A stretch of 64,000 nt of DNA, from assembly GCA_017444825.1 (NCBI GenBank), contig JAFSVU010000004.1:59025-123024 (forward strand), given 5' to 3'. Position 1 is the stretch's first letter; each line of letters begins with the position of its first letter. Below are positions 9,404-19,025 of the stretch, one piece after another. Origin of the DNA: Clostridia bacterium (GTDB lineage Bacteria; Bacillota; Clostridia; UBA1212). Under the pieces are notes generated by a model. The model was not told the DNA's origin and did no database searches. It saw only the letters and a program-made list of their open reading frames with translations. The position numbers and the translations under genes were made by a program.

Positions 9404-10996
9404 TCAGTGCTTTTTTCTGATAATAAGAGCAGCTGCAGCAAGCGCTATGACAGCGGCGCCTCCGAGAGCAACGCTTCCGCAGCCAGACTTCTTTGGTTCC
9501 TCTGTTGTTGCGGGCGCTTCAGTTGCGTCTGCAGGAGCCTCGGTGGGAGTCTCAGCATCGGGTGTAGCTGTGGGTTCCTCTGTGGGAGCCTCGGTGGGAG
9601 TTGCGGGACCGTTGAATACTACGTATACTTCTCTGTCCTTCTCGCCCTCTTCGCCACGGTTATCGAATCTGTTAAGTTTAACGATATCGCCGTTTGCGAG
9701 TTTAGCATATACCCAGATGGTGTGAGCGTCGTCCTTCAGCTCGCTTACCGGAACGGTAACCTTGAATCTGCGGTTGTTAGCGTTAAGCTGAGTTACGGCA
9801 TCCTCTGTGTCAGCGAAGAACTCACCGTAAACAATGTCTGCGTCGTCGATCTTGTAACCGAAAGCGACAGTCTCGCTGTTGGCATTTCCATACCAGCCGA
9901 ACATTGTGATGCTGGTGATGTCGCCATTTGTTCCGTCAATAGCCTTCTTCGTTGCGATAATCGCGTCGTTTCCGTTAGCTATCTCAGCGTCGTTTGCAAG
10001 GATCTGGTCGAAGGAAAGTGCGTCGCCTTCGTCAGAGTCGAAATCACGGACGTTTACGCCGTTGGGGTTATTGAATACGATGGATGTGATCCTGATGGAT
10101 CCGCCGGTCTTAGCGCCGGGGAAACGGACTCCGGTAAGCTCTGTTCCTACCATAAGGCCGAATTCGTCCTCGATCTCAAACGTGCGCTCGGTCTTGCCCT
10201 GCATTTTGGGAGGAGTCCATGTGCCTACGTTCGGTGAATAACCGGGGTTGACTTCCAGGTCTCTCAGGTAAACGTTGTTTCCGTGGAGCTCACCTGTGAT
10301 CTCATATGTAACAGTGAATGAAGTATAGATGCTTGTGTCTATCTCATCAAGAACGAGGGAGATCCAGGGATCTGCGTTCTCTTCGATGGTTTCGCAAAGC
10401 AGTGATCCGTCATCCTCTTCGGTGATCTCAACGCCGTTCTGTGTAGAATCGGGTACGAGCTCAACTGCGAGTTTTCTGGGAAGATCGTTCTCTTTTGTCT
10501 CCTGGCCCTGCTGGCCGCCAACGTAGAGAGTAAACTCAGGCTTTACGTCTGCCTCGGAACCGTCGTCAAAGAGAGCGATGATCGCAACGGCATATTCACC
10601 CTCTGCGAGTTCGTCTGCTCCGATAAGCTCCATCATGTCATCGTTGTATCCGAATCCGGCATGCTTTGCGTACTCGGCATCCGTTACTACGCCTACAGTA
10701 AAGAGATCTTCTCTGTCGCGGTAAACGTCGCTGCACTCTTTGCTCTCGCCGTCAACTGTCCAGTAGATCTTTTCAAGAACAGCATCGTTCTTAGCGGCCC
10801 AGCCGAGGATATAAAGCTTATCGCCCTTATTGATAGTAACCGAAACTTTTCCCGCAAAACCTGCGTTGGGAGACTCATCATCATAACGTTCCAGTTCTTT
10901 AACGTTTGCGTACATCGCATCCAGACCCGCGAAGGAGCTGATGCAAAGCGCCAGAGCAACAGCAATAACTGTCACCACAGCAAATATTTTCTTCAT
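9404..10996 (-). CDS. Secreted protein with Pro/Thr/Glu linker and C-terminal SGCG-TM-RKKH tail
   Basis: Start set at ATG 10996, with GGAGG 5 nt upstream. The signal peptide is MKKIFAVVTVIAVALALCISSFA. The C-terminus reads ...PATTEEPKKSGCGSVALGGAAVIALAAAALIIRKKH. Confidence 0.8.
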   Translation of the reverse strand: MKKIFAVVTVIAVALALCISSFAGLDAMYANVKELERYDDESPNAGFAGKVSVTINKGDKLYILGWAAKNDAVLEKIYWTVDGESKECSDVYRDREDLFTVGVVTDAEYAKHAGFGYNDDMMELIGADELAEGEYAVAIIALFDDGSEADVKPEFTLYVGGQQGQETKENDLPRKLAVELVPDSTQNGVEITEEDDGSLLCETIEENADPWISLVLDEIDTSIYTSFTVTYEITGELHGNNVYLRDLEVNPGYSPNVGTWTPPKMQGKTERTFEIEDEFGLMVGTELTGVRFPGAKTGGSIRITSIVFNNPNGVNVRDFDSDEGDALSFDQILANDAEIANGNDAIIATKKAIDGTNGDITSITMFGWYGNANSETVAFGYKIDDADIVYGEFFADTEDAVTQLNANNRRFKVTVPVSELKDDAHTIWVYAKLANGDIVKLNRFDNRGEEGEKDREVYVVFNGPATPTEAPTEEPTATPDAETPTEAPADATEAPATTEEPKKSGCGSVALGGAAVIALAAAALIIRKKH

Positions 10997-11175
10997 AAAA
11001 ACCTCCGTATTAATTGCCCTGAGGGCAAACATAATGGTTAATCAATCGCCTCACTGGCCTTAAACGAAGCCAGGGAACGACCAACTGAATTATAATATCA
11101 GCCCGTGATAAATTCAAGTTTTTTGAAGAAAGGCCGCCTTTTTGAGGCAGTTTTTGGCTTTTTTAGCCTCGGGCG

Positions 11176-11820
11176 TCATCTCGCCCTGCTGTTATAGTCG
11201 TCGCTCACAGTCTTTTTCCAGGCTTTTCCGACCTTTCCCACACGGCGCACGTTTGATATCGCCTCACTCATGGCCCTGTAGTTCGTACACGTTCCCAGCT
11301 CGTCCGGGCAGTAATTCACCGCGTTATCGGCATTGATTCCGTAGTCCGCCGCGGTCTCCGCAGCGTCGATATTCGCCGCCACGAATATGAATTCCCAGCC
11401 CTTCTCCTGCTTCTCCGTGATCAGCTCCTTTACCTTCTTTTGGGTAAACTCACGGCTGGAGTTCTCCAGGCCGTCGGTGGTTATCACAAACAAAACGTGG
11501 TCCGGCACGTCTCCCGGATCGGCCTCCTTGTGGGCCCTGTCTACAGCCCCTATAGTCCCGCCTAATGCGTCAAGCAGCGCGGTGCACCCTCCCGGGGTAT
11601 AGTCCTTTTTGGTAAGCTTCGGAACCTTGTCCAAAGCCATCCTGCTGTGCACGGTCTTTATGACCGTATTGAAAAACACAGTTGTGACCACCGCTTTTCC
11701 GGCCTGCTCCTCCTTCTGTTTTTCTATCATGCTGTTGAACCCGCCGATTGTGTCCGCCTCCAGTCCCGACATGGAACCGCTCTCGTCGATTATAAAGATG
11801 ATTTCGGTAAGATCATTCAT
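11176..11820 (-). CDS. von Willebrand factor type A (vWA) domain protein
   Basis: The MIDAS motif IIDESGSMSG is present. Start set at ATG 11820, preceded by GGAGGG. Confidence 0.85.
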   Translation of the reverse strand: MNDLTEIIFIIDESGSMSGLEADTIGGFNSMIEKQKEEQAGKAVVTTVFFNTVIKTVHSRMALDKVPKLTKKDYTPGGCTALLDALGGTIGAVDRAHKEADPGDVPDHVLFVITTDGLENSSREFTQKKVKELITEKQEKGWEFIFVAANIDAAETAADYGINADNAVNYCPDELGTCTNYRAMSEAISNVRRVGKVGKAWKKTVSDDYNSRAR

Positions 11821-12020
11821 TTTTCGTCCCTCCAAAGTTTTGTAAGTCATTAAGTTTAACCGTTACTCCTGTCCGGGTCTTTCCCGGATCACGGCCTCAT
11901 TTTAGACTCTTCGGAGGGGGCTGTGGTCGCCTGCCGGGCGACATTTTAAAAAAGGCAGCACGCTGAATTGCGGCTGCCCGTTCGTTAAAATTGGTTATAT
12001 TGGTTATTATCTTATCACTG

Positions 12021-13025
12021 TCACTTTTTCCTGATCACAAGGCCTTTGATGAGCGCTGCAACGGATGCGATGAGAGGAGTTGCCACGACCAGCATGGTGG
12101 CGATATTGACGCTGGCGGAAAAAGCGATGGGCAGAATTCCGAAGCCCACGTTTGCCGGACCGTCCAGGTTGAACTTCAGCGCCACGAAGTAGAACACCGC
12201 AGAGGCCACGGACAGGCAGAGGGAGATAAGAGCGATCTTAAACAGCTGATCCTTCTTCTTTTCCGGCTTCAGGTTGTTGTAGTAAAGCTCCCAGCAAGCG
12301 AAGGTGCAGAAGGCCAGGAAGGAAGCGATCAAAACGCCGATGGAATAGGCGACGTACCCGTTTTCGAAATCGATGATAAACAGGCCGTAGAAGAAGCCGC
12401 AGAAGCCGTAGAGGGCAAAGAGCATCCAGAGCGTGGTGAAAAAGTTGTGGCAGAAGCGCCCCTTCTTTGACGCCAATGGCCTTGACGGACCCGCGTACGG
12501 ATGAGCCTCGGAGAATTTTTTCAGATATACCAGCACGCCGACGCCAAGGCATATAAACACCAATGCGTACAGCATGGCATCGAGAGGATAGAGCGGTGAC
12601 GGAGCGCCCTCAACAAGCGACAGGTACCTGCCCAGGATCCTCATGACGACGGTATAGACGATGATCACGGCGCCGATGACTATTGTAATGATTGCATGCT
12701 TTTTGGCCTTCTTTGCGGCAATTTCTTTTGACTCATTGCGGTAGAACGACTGGCACACCATAAGGCCGCCCAGCGTCAGGAAGAAGGACAGGAATATGGG
12801 CATAGACCTTAAAGCATCCCTCAGCGCAACGTCCGCCGAGGCACATACGATGGAACCGATGCAGTCCGAGAAGCAGTACAGGAAGTTCATAAACGTGAAT
12901 GCGGTGATCACGTAAATGACCGCCAGACAGACTATCAGGACTATGCCCTGTTTTTTCTGCTTTCCCTCAAGACCGGAGAATACGAAATTTTCTTTGTCAA
13001 ACATTTTCATCACCATTTTACCCAT
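12021..13025 (-). CDS. Hypothetical polytopic membrane protein
   Basis: The 334-aa ORF has about 8 hydrophobic segments. It overlaps the upstream gene by 16 nt, which suggests an operon. Confidence 0.65.
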   Translation of the reverse strand: MGKMVMKMFDKENFVFSGLEGKQKKQGIVLIVCLAVIYVITAFTFMNFLYCFSDCIGSIVCASADVALRDALRSMPIFLSFFLTLGGLMVCQSFYRNESKEIAAKKAKKHAIITIVIGAVIIVYTVVMRILGRYLSLVEGAPSPLYPLDAMLYALVFICLGVGVLVYLKKFSEAHPYAGPSRPLASKKGRFCHNFFTTLWMLFALYGFCGFFYGLFIIDFENGYVAYSIGVLIASFLAFCTFACWELYYNNLKPEKKKDQLFKIALISLCLSVASAVFYFVALKFNLDGPANVGFGILPIAFSASVNIATMLVVATPLIASVAALIKGLVIRKK

Positions 13026-14158
13026 CTGACGAAATCTCCGTCTGTCCTTTCGTTGTAGTAGAGATGCTCAAGATCGAAGGATCCGTCGCTGCCGGTGAGT
13101 GTCACCAGCGATGCACCGATAAGATCGAAATTCTCGGTGATGCCCACGGACTTAAGTCCCGCCTTCATCGCCTCGTCCTCCGATTCGGTGTCAATGTGTG
13201 CATAATAAAGCTCGGTGCCGGTCTTCACGCCGCAGCCTATCACGACGCCCATGTATTCCACTGTCCAGTCGTCGTTGTGGGCGTGGCCCATGAACGCTGC
13301 CTTGAGGCCGTGGTCTTTAGCCTTGTCGATGAAGTCGCTGGCGTATTTTTCATTGCCGTTGTCCGCAAAGCCCTCGAGTTTGAAGTACTTGTTTTTGTAG
13401 TCTGCGCCTTTTTCGGTCACGTCCTCCCAGGCTTTTGCGTTCTCGTCCTGGGGTATGTGGTAATACGCGATGCAGGGCACGTCCTCGCCCGCTGCGGCAT
13501 GCTCGGCAAGCCACCACTCGGTCTGCTCGGGACGGATGTAGTCATAATCTCTGAAAGGTGAGAGCTCGGTCTCGGAAAAGCTTGCGCCGGAATCCAGATT
13601 TGCGATCATCCAGACCGCCTTAGTGGCCCTGGTGCCGTCCTCGGTGAGATTGATCACGAAATTACTGCGGCCGTAGAGGTCGTCCTTAGGCTCCAGATAG
13701 AGGCAGTGCTTTGCGTTTTTGTAAGTGTCCGCAAGGTAGTTCGGATTGTACAGCGAATGGTGGTCGTGATTTCCCCAGATTATCGTGTAAACGAAACCGT
13801 ACTCCTCGGCTTTCGCCTCGAAAAAGTCGACAAAAGTCTCGACGTGGTAGGTGTTTGCCAGCATGAAGGAATCGCCGGTTATCTCCACCAGGTCGATCTT
13901 CGCTCCGCTGCCCTGGGTGCTGACGATGTGGTCATTGGCTTGTTTAAGAAGCTTGTCGAGGTACGTCTTAGATGCCATCGCCGATGAATTTGCGTTCCAG
14001 TGGATGTCGGTCAACTGCAGTATGTTAAAGTTATCGTGGTATTTGACGGTAAAGACGTAGTCGTCCAGATGCTCGGAGCTTTTTATCCCCTGCGCGCATC
14101 CCGCCAACGCCAATACGGCAAGCACCGCCAGTAAAATACAAATAATTCTCTTTGTCAT
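13010..14158 (-). CDS. Calcineurin-like metallophosphoesterase lipoprotein
   Basis: A lipobox LALAGC is present. Phosphoesterase motifs ITGDSF, GNHDHH and GHAHNDDW are also present. Confidence 0.85.
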   Translation of the reverse strand: MTKRIICILLAVLAVLALAGCAQGIKSSEHLDDYVFTVKYHDNFNILQLTDIHWNANSSAMASKTYLDKLLKQANDHIVSTQGSGAKIDLVEITGDSFMLANTYHVETFVDFFEAKAEEYGFVYTIIWGNHDHHSLYNPNYLADTYKNAKHCLYLEPKDDLYGRSNFVINLTEDGTRATKAVWMIANLDSGASFSETELSPFRDYDYIRPEQTEWWLAEHAAAGEDVPCIAYYHIPQDENAKAWEDVTEKGADYKNKYFKLEGFADNGNEKYASDFIDKAKDHGLKAAFMGHAHNDDWTVEYMGVVIGCGVKTGTELYYAHIDTESEDEAMKAGLKSVGITENFDLIGASLVTLTGSDGSFDLEHLYYNERTDGDFVRWVKW

Positions 14159-14280
14159 GTCTGCTGTTTCTCTCCTTTGATATGCTTAAGTCGAATATTC
14201 TTTAAACACTTTACCTCCTGCCCGATTATATCAAAAATTTCCCGTTTTCGGAACAGATTTACGCTGATATTTCACGGTGC

Positions 14281-14877
14281 TCAGAGTTGGTTTGCGGCAT
14301 TCCTTATGGCCTCCGCGGTCTTTTCGGCACAGCGGCGGTAACCCTCATCCGTCAGGTGAAGAAGGTCAGGGCATTTATAATAATGAGGATCCTTGAGGCA
14401 GAGCGTGTATAGGTCGTTCACGGCGACACCCTCCTTTTTCATGAACTCCGTTGCCGCGGAATTGTAGTCCAGCACCCATTGGTTATTGTAATAGGTTCGC
14501 GGGATCTCCTCCTTCATCACCTCCGCCGCAAGTTCTTCGGAAAGTATCGGGACCGAGGTCGCAAACACCGGGACCGCGCCGTTTTTTCTGATCTCCCGAA
14601 GGATCCTGGCGAGAAAACCAATGTACTCAGAAATTGGATGTATGGGCTCCGTCATCGGCGCCTCTATGTTCATATCCCAATAGCCGTTGTTCCAGTGTAC
14701 CACGTCAAAATGCCCCTCGTGTTTGAAAAAATGATTGGCCTGCCAGAGGGTGTATGCGGCAAAGCGGCCGTTGTCGTCGTTATCGTAGACCACTTCAAAC
14801 TCACCCGCCAGAAGCTCTTTGACGTATTCGTCGTAGCCCATCCTTATGGAATCGCCAAGAAGCAAAACTCTTTTCAT
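14281..14877 (-). CDS. SGNH/GDSL-type hydrolase
   Basis: Block I is LLLGDSIRMGY and block V is HLTDEGY. Start set at ATG 14877, 7 nt after AGGAG. Confidence 0.8.
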   Translation of the reverse strand: MKRVLLLGDSIRMGYDEYVKELLAGEFEVVYDNDDNGRFAAYTLWQANHFFKHEGHFDVVHWNNGYWDMNIEAPMTEPIHPISEYIGFLARILREIRKNGAVPVFATSVPILSEELAAEVMKEEIPRTYYNNQWVLDYNSAATEFMKKEGVAVNDLYTLCLKDPHYYKCPDLLHLTDEGYRRCAEKTAEAIRNAANQL

Positions 14878-15019
14878 GATCATTCTCCTTTTCGCAGAAC
14901 TGTTCGGACATTATAGAGGCATTATAACAGAACGGCGGCGGGCGGACAACAGTTGAACAACAGGGTCTCAGGCTGTATAATGTGCTCATCCCAGAAAAAA
15001 ATCAGAAGGAGGATATTGT

Positions 15020-16417
15020 ATGTCATTTTCTAAATTTCTGGACAGTATGAGAGACGACTGCCGGGGCCTTGTAAAAGAGCTTTCAAAAAGCTTCGACTAC
15101 GTAAGTATACTCGGCACCGACGTCCGCTCCACGGTATTCCGGGCGGATAAAAACATGTCCGACATCCGCGACAGCGAAGGCGAGTGCGGCTTTGTCGTTA
15201 AAATGCACAGCGGCAGGTCCTTTTACGAATATTCCTGCGGCGACATAAAAGGCGATAAGAAGGCCCTTGCCGAAAAGATCTTAAAGAATGTGAAAATTGC
15301 GGGCACCCTTACGGACCGTCAGATAGAGACCGCAAAGGTAAGCGACGTCCCCATGAAGCAGGACTTCTCCATAGAGACCGATTTCGATGACTTTTCCGAC
15401 GAATATCTTCTCGGCGTCTGCAAAAAGATCTCCGACGAGCTCTCCAAAAAGGATGAGAAGGTTTTAAACGCGGTGGGAGTCATGTCGCCCTACAGTGTCT
15501 CCAAGCTCTTCGTCACAGAAAACCGCGAGCTATCCCAGTACTACGGATGGGCCAACGGCTACGCACTGGTCATTTACAACGACGGAAGGATGGTGGAGGC
15601 CCGCCACGTGGAGGGTTCCGCGAAGCTTGCTGAGGTCATCGAAAAAACCAATGCCTCCCTGGACGGCGTCATCGACCTTGCAAGGCACCTCGTGAAGGCC
15701 ACACCCATCAAGCCCGGCGTTTACGACGTGATAACCGACAGCTCGATCACGGGCCTCATCGCCCACGAGGCCTTCGGTCACGGTGTCGAGATGGATCAGT
15801 TCGTGAAGGACAGGGCACTCGCGAAATATTACGTGGGAAAATACGTGGCCTCCCCCATAACCAATATGCACGACGGCGCGGCGGCCACCCGCTCCGTGGC
15901 ATCGTATTTCTTTGACGACGACGGAGTTCTCGCCCACGACACCCAGATCATAAAGGACGGCATTCTGGTGGCGGGTCTTTCGGACCTTGCCAGCGCCACG
16001 CAGCTGGGCACAGAACCCACAGGAAACGGCCGCAGGGACAATTTCAGCCGCAAGTCCTACTCCAGGATGACCAACACCTTCTTCTCCCCCGGAAAGGATA
16101 AGCTCGCCGACATGATCAAGTCCATCAAGCACGGATATATGCTTTTTGAGACCAACAACGGCATGGAGGATCCGAAGAACTGGCAGATCCAGTGCACGGC
16201 TGAGTACGGCATCGAGATAGTGGACGGAAAACTTACCGAAAACTACGTGTCGCCGGTGGTGATGAGCGGCTCAGTGCCGGAGCTTCTCAAATCGATATCG
16301 ATGATCTCCGACAATTTTGAGGTCATTGGCGCGGGTCACTGCGGCAAGGGCTACAAAGAGTGGGTGCGTGTCTCCGACGGCGGCCCCAATCTGAAAGTGA
16401 GGGTGAAGCTGGGATGA
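15020..16417 (+). CDS. tldD: TldD-family metalloprotease
   Basis: The motif HEAFGHGVEMD (HExxxH) is present. The C-terminal part is Gly-rich, as in the TldD/PmbA fold. RBS AGGAGG. Confidence 0.85.
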   Translation: MSFSKFLDSMRDDCRGLVKELSKSFDYVSILGTDVRSTVFRADKNMSDIRDSEGECGFVVKMHSGRSFYEYSCGDIKGDKKALAEKILKNVKIAGTLTDRQIETAKVSDVPMKQDFSIETDFDDFSDEYLLGVCKKISDELSKKDEKVLNAVGVMSPYSVSKLFVTENRELSQYYGWANGYALVIYNDGRMVEARHVEGSAKLAEVIEKTNASLDGVIDLARHLVKATPIKPGVYDVITDSSITGLIAHEAFGHGVEMDQFVKDRALAKYYVGKYVASPITNMHDGAAATRSVASYFFDDDGVLAHDTQIIKDGILVAGLSDLASATQLGTEPTGNGRRDNFSRKSYSRMTNTFFSPGKDKLADMIKSIKHGYMLFETNNGMEDPKNWQIQCTAEYGIEIVDGKLTENYVSPVVMSGSVPELLKSISMISDNFEVIGAGHCGKGYKEWVRVSDGGPNLKVRVKLG

Positions 16418-17688
16418 AAAACTTAAAAGCCATACTCGATAAAACACAGGGCCTCAGCGGATACAGGATCACCGAATCCGCCACGGCATCTTACGAGCTT
16501 TTCTTTGTGCACAGAAAGCTTGAGACCGTAAGGAGCACGGACACCGTCTCCTGCGACGCCACCGTTTACGTGGAGCACGACGGCAAAGTCGGGGATTCCA
16601 CCTTCCACGTCTACCAGTCCATGAGCGACGAAGACATTGCCGCAAAGGTTGAGGCCGCAAAAAACAGGGCATTGCTCATGTTTAACGAGCCCTACAAGCT
16701 GGCTCCCGGCGGGACCCTCGAGGCTGAGATACCCACAAACCTTGACAAGTACGCTCCGGAGGAACTGGGCAGCATGATAGCGGATGCGGTCTTCGCGGCG
16801 GACACCCTCCCGGGAGGCTCCATCAACGCCCTTGAGATATTCATATACCGCACCGTTTTTCACGTTGTGAACAGCCGTGGCGTGGATAAAAAACAGACCG
16901 TCCACCGGGTGATGATCGAGGCGATACCCACCTTTACCGACGAAAAACAGTCCGTTGAGCTTTATGAGGACTACCGTTTCACCAACTTCGACCCCGCAAA
17001 GATCACCGCGGAGATATCGGAGAAGCTGAAGGAGGCGGCGGACAGGGTGACCGCGCAAAAGCTTGACAAGGAGATGGAAATAAACGTTGTGCTCCGCCCG
17101 GAGGAGATCGGAGAGCTGGCATACGAGCTGGCATGGGACTGCAATTACCAGACCATCTATTCACACGCCAATCTCCACACAGTCGGAGACGATATCCAGC
17201 AGGGCAGCGGCGACAAGCTCACCATAACGATGAAAGCAGTCGTCCCCGGCAGCGAGCGCTCCTCATATTTCGACGGCGACGGGTCTACCCTCAGGGATAC
17301 GCAGGTAATCAAGGACGGCGTTGTCTCCGGCAGCTTCGGATCCATAAGGTTCGGACAGTACCTGGGCATAGAGGAGCCCAGCGGCGCCCTCGGCTGCCTC
17401 AGATTGGAGCCCGGGACACTTACTGATGAAGAGCTTAAAGCCGAGCCTTACATTGAGTGCGTGTCCATGTCGGGAATGCAGCTTGACACCTATAACGATT
17501 ACATCGGCGGCGAGATCAGGCTGGCATATCTCCACGACGGAGACAGCGTAAAGCCTATCACCGGAATATCCATGAGCGCAAAGCTTTCGGAGGTCCTCGC
17601 CACATTGCGGCTTCATGAGAAGACAGACATCCGCAATGCATTTGACGGCCCGGTGAAGCTGCTTCTTAAGAAAGTGAAGGTGCTTTGA
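16414..17688 (+). CDS. PmbA/TldE-family protein (partner of TldD)
   Basis: Its ATG overlaps the tldD stop (ATGA at 16414-16417). It has TldD/PmbA-like length and a Gly-rich C-terminus but lacks the HExxxH motif. Confidence 0.8.
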   Translation: MKNLKAILDKTQGLSGYRITESATASYELFFVHRKLETVRSTDTVSCDATVYVEHDGKVGDSTFHVYQSMSDEDIAAKVEAAKNRALLMFNEPYKLAPGGTLEAEIPTNLDKYAPEELGSMIADAVFAADTLPGGSINALEIFIYRTVFHVVNSRGVDKKQTVHRVMIEAIPTFTDEKQSVELYEDYRFTNFDPAKITAEISEKLKEAADRVTAQKLDKEMEINVVLRPEEIGELAYELAWDCNYQTIYSHANLHTVGDDIQQGSGDKLTITMKAVVPGSERSSYFDGDGSTLRDTQVIKDGVVSGSFGSIRFGQYLGIEEPSGALGCLRLEPGTLTDEELKAEPYIECVSMSGMQLDTYNDYIGGEIRLAYLHDGDSVKPITGISMSAKLSEVLATLRLHEKTDIRNAFDGPVKLLLKKVKVL

Positions 17689-17740
17689 TCTTTAATCGAA
17701 TTATCGAAGGTCTTTGATTTCAGGCCCTTCGCGTTTTAAA

Positions 17741-17789
17741 AGGCGTCCCTGTAAGCCGCAAAAGCTTGCAAAGACGCCCTTATTTTTTT
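17741..17789 (+). terminator. Putative rho-independent terminator after the tldD/pmbA pair
   Basis: The stem pairs aggcgtc (17741-17747) with gacgcct (17773-17779) and is followed by tattttttt. The loop is long. Confidence 0.4.
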
Positions 17790-17819
17790 GCGAACCGTTA
17801 TGATGGTCACAGATAACCG

Positions 17820-18755
17820 TCACAGATAAACGCCCCAGATGAGCCTGAACAGCGCCGCGATGCCGAACCCGCCGAAGAAGGAGACGAGATTCGCCACCAC
17901 CGTGTAGATCAGGATCCTCACCGGCTTTATGTTTGTCTCACGTTTAAACTTAAACTTCCTGAATATCAGGAAATATGCCAGGAACTCGATGCCGATGATG
18001 GCTATCTCCATGGGGATGTAGACATTGGTTATGATCGTATTGGCGTAGAAACCTCCCTCCAGAATATCGATGGCCAGCAAACCGTTGAGGGCCAGCTGGG
18101 TGACCGCATTGGCGATGACCACCGGAAGCAGTTCCTTCCCCCTGAAGCCAAAAGCGAGGGCAATAAGCACTTCGATCCCGATGCAGATGCAAAGCCTCAC
18201 GACGAAGGAGACGATGTGATGGGTATAATATTCCACCTCTTCCACCGTAATGGTCCTTTCGGGAGCGGGAACCGAGGGATCTTCACTGACAGACGCGCCA
18301 ACGTCACTCAAAGTCACGGTATACATGGAGCCGAAGCCCTGCTTTTCGTAGATGACGTTATCGGTGATGAAAACGTCGTTGACCGAGTCGTAGATAAGTA
18401 TCTTGAACGGGGACGGGGGGATGTAGCTCCAGTCGAACGAATTGCTCCCGATGCTCTTCATGTAGCGAAGGTAGAAGTAGCCGTCCCGGTCCTCATAACC
18501 AATGAACTTCGCCTCGGCGATCTGATCCGCGGTGGGATCCTCCGGAAGCTCATATTCACTCTTACCGTCATATGCGCTGTAGGGGCCGTAATACGAGTCC
18601 TTCGACAGCAGAGTCATGTACATTCCTTCCGTGTCTCCGACTATGTCGATGTGGGTGTAGGGATGGGGCCCCGTATCCGCCCCGGCATCAAGAGTCAGCG
18701 CAAAGCATAGCGCCAGCAAAAATATCGCCGCAAACAGTATAAAACCTTTTTTCAT
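17820..18755 (-). CDS. Hypothetical membrane protein (signal peptide, ~170-aa ectodomain, 4-5 C-terminal TM segments)
   Basis: The 311-aa ORF begins MKKGFILFAAIFLLALCFALT. An RBS-like GGAAGGAA lies upstream. Confidence 0.65.
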   Translation of the reverse strand: MKKGFILFAAIFLLALCFALTLDAGADTGPHPYTHIDIVGDTEGMYMTLLSKDSYYGPYSAYDGKSEYELPEDPTADQIAEAKFIGYEDRDGYFYLRYMKSIGSNSFDWSYIPPSPFKILIYDSVNDVFITDNVIYEKQGFGSMYTVTLSDVGASVSEDPSVPAPERTITVEEVEYYTHHIVSFVVRLCICIGIEVLIALAFGFRGKELLPVVIANAVTQLALNGLLAIDILEGGFYANTIITNVYIPMEIAIIGIEFLAYFLIFRKFKFKRETNIKPVRILIYTVVANLVSFFGGFGIAALFRLIWGVYL

Positions 18756-18928
18756 AACATGATTCCTTCCTTTCTGAAAATGCAGATTGGGAAAAAGCCT
18801 GTCAACTTCACCCTAATCATATCATTCCCGGCGGGGCCGGAAAAAGAGACAAACTGTCATTTTATGGATATTTCAAGCATACCCGGGGCTCCACGCCGCC
18901 GGTTTTATGATTTCTTTTATTTCGGAGA

Positions 18929-18957
18929 TTGTGCTGTGCTTTGAGTTGTGGTATAAT
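18929..18957 (+). promoter_or_regulatory. Extended -10 promoter for the 19026 gene
   Basis: TGGTATAAT lies at 18949-18957 (TGnTATAAT). A weak -35 TTGTGC lies 17 nt upstream. Confidence 0.4.
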
Positions 18958-19025
18958 TTTACTACATTTTAGGAAATAACACGGACGCGGCACATACCCG
19001 TCCCATGAACTAAAGGAGGAAAATC

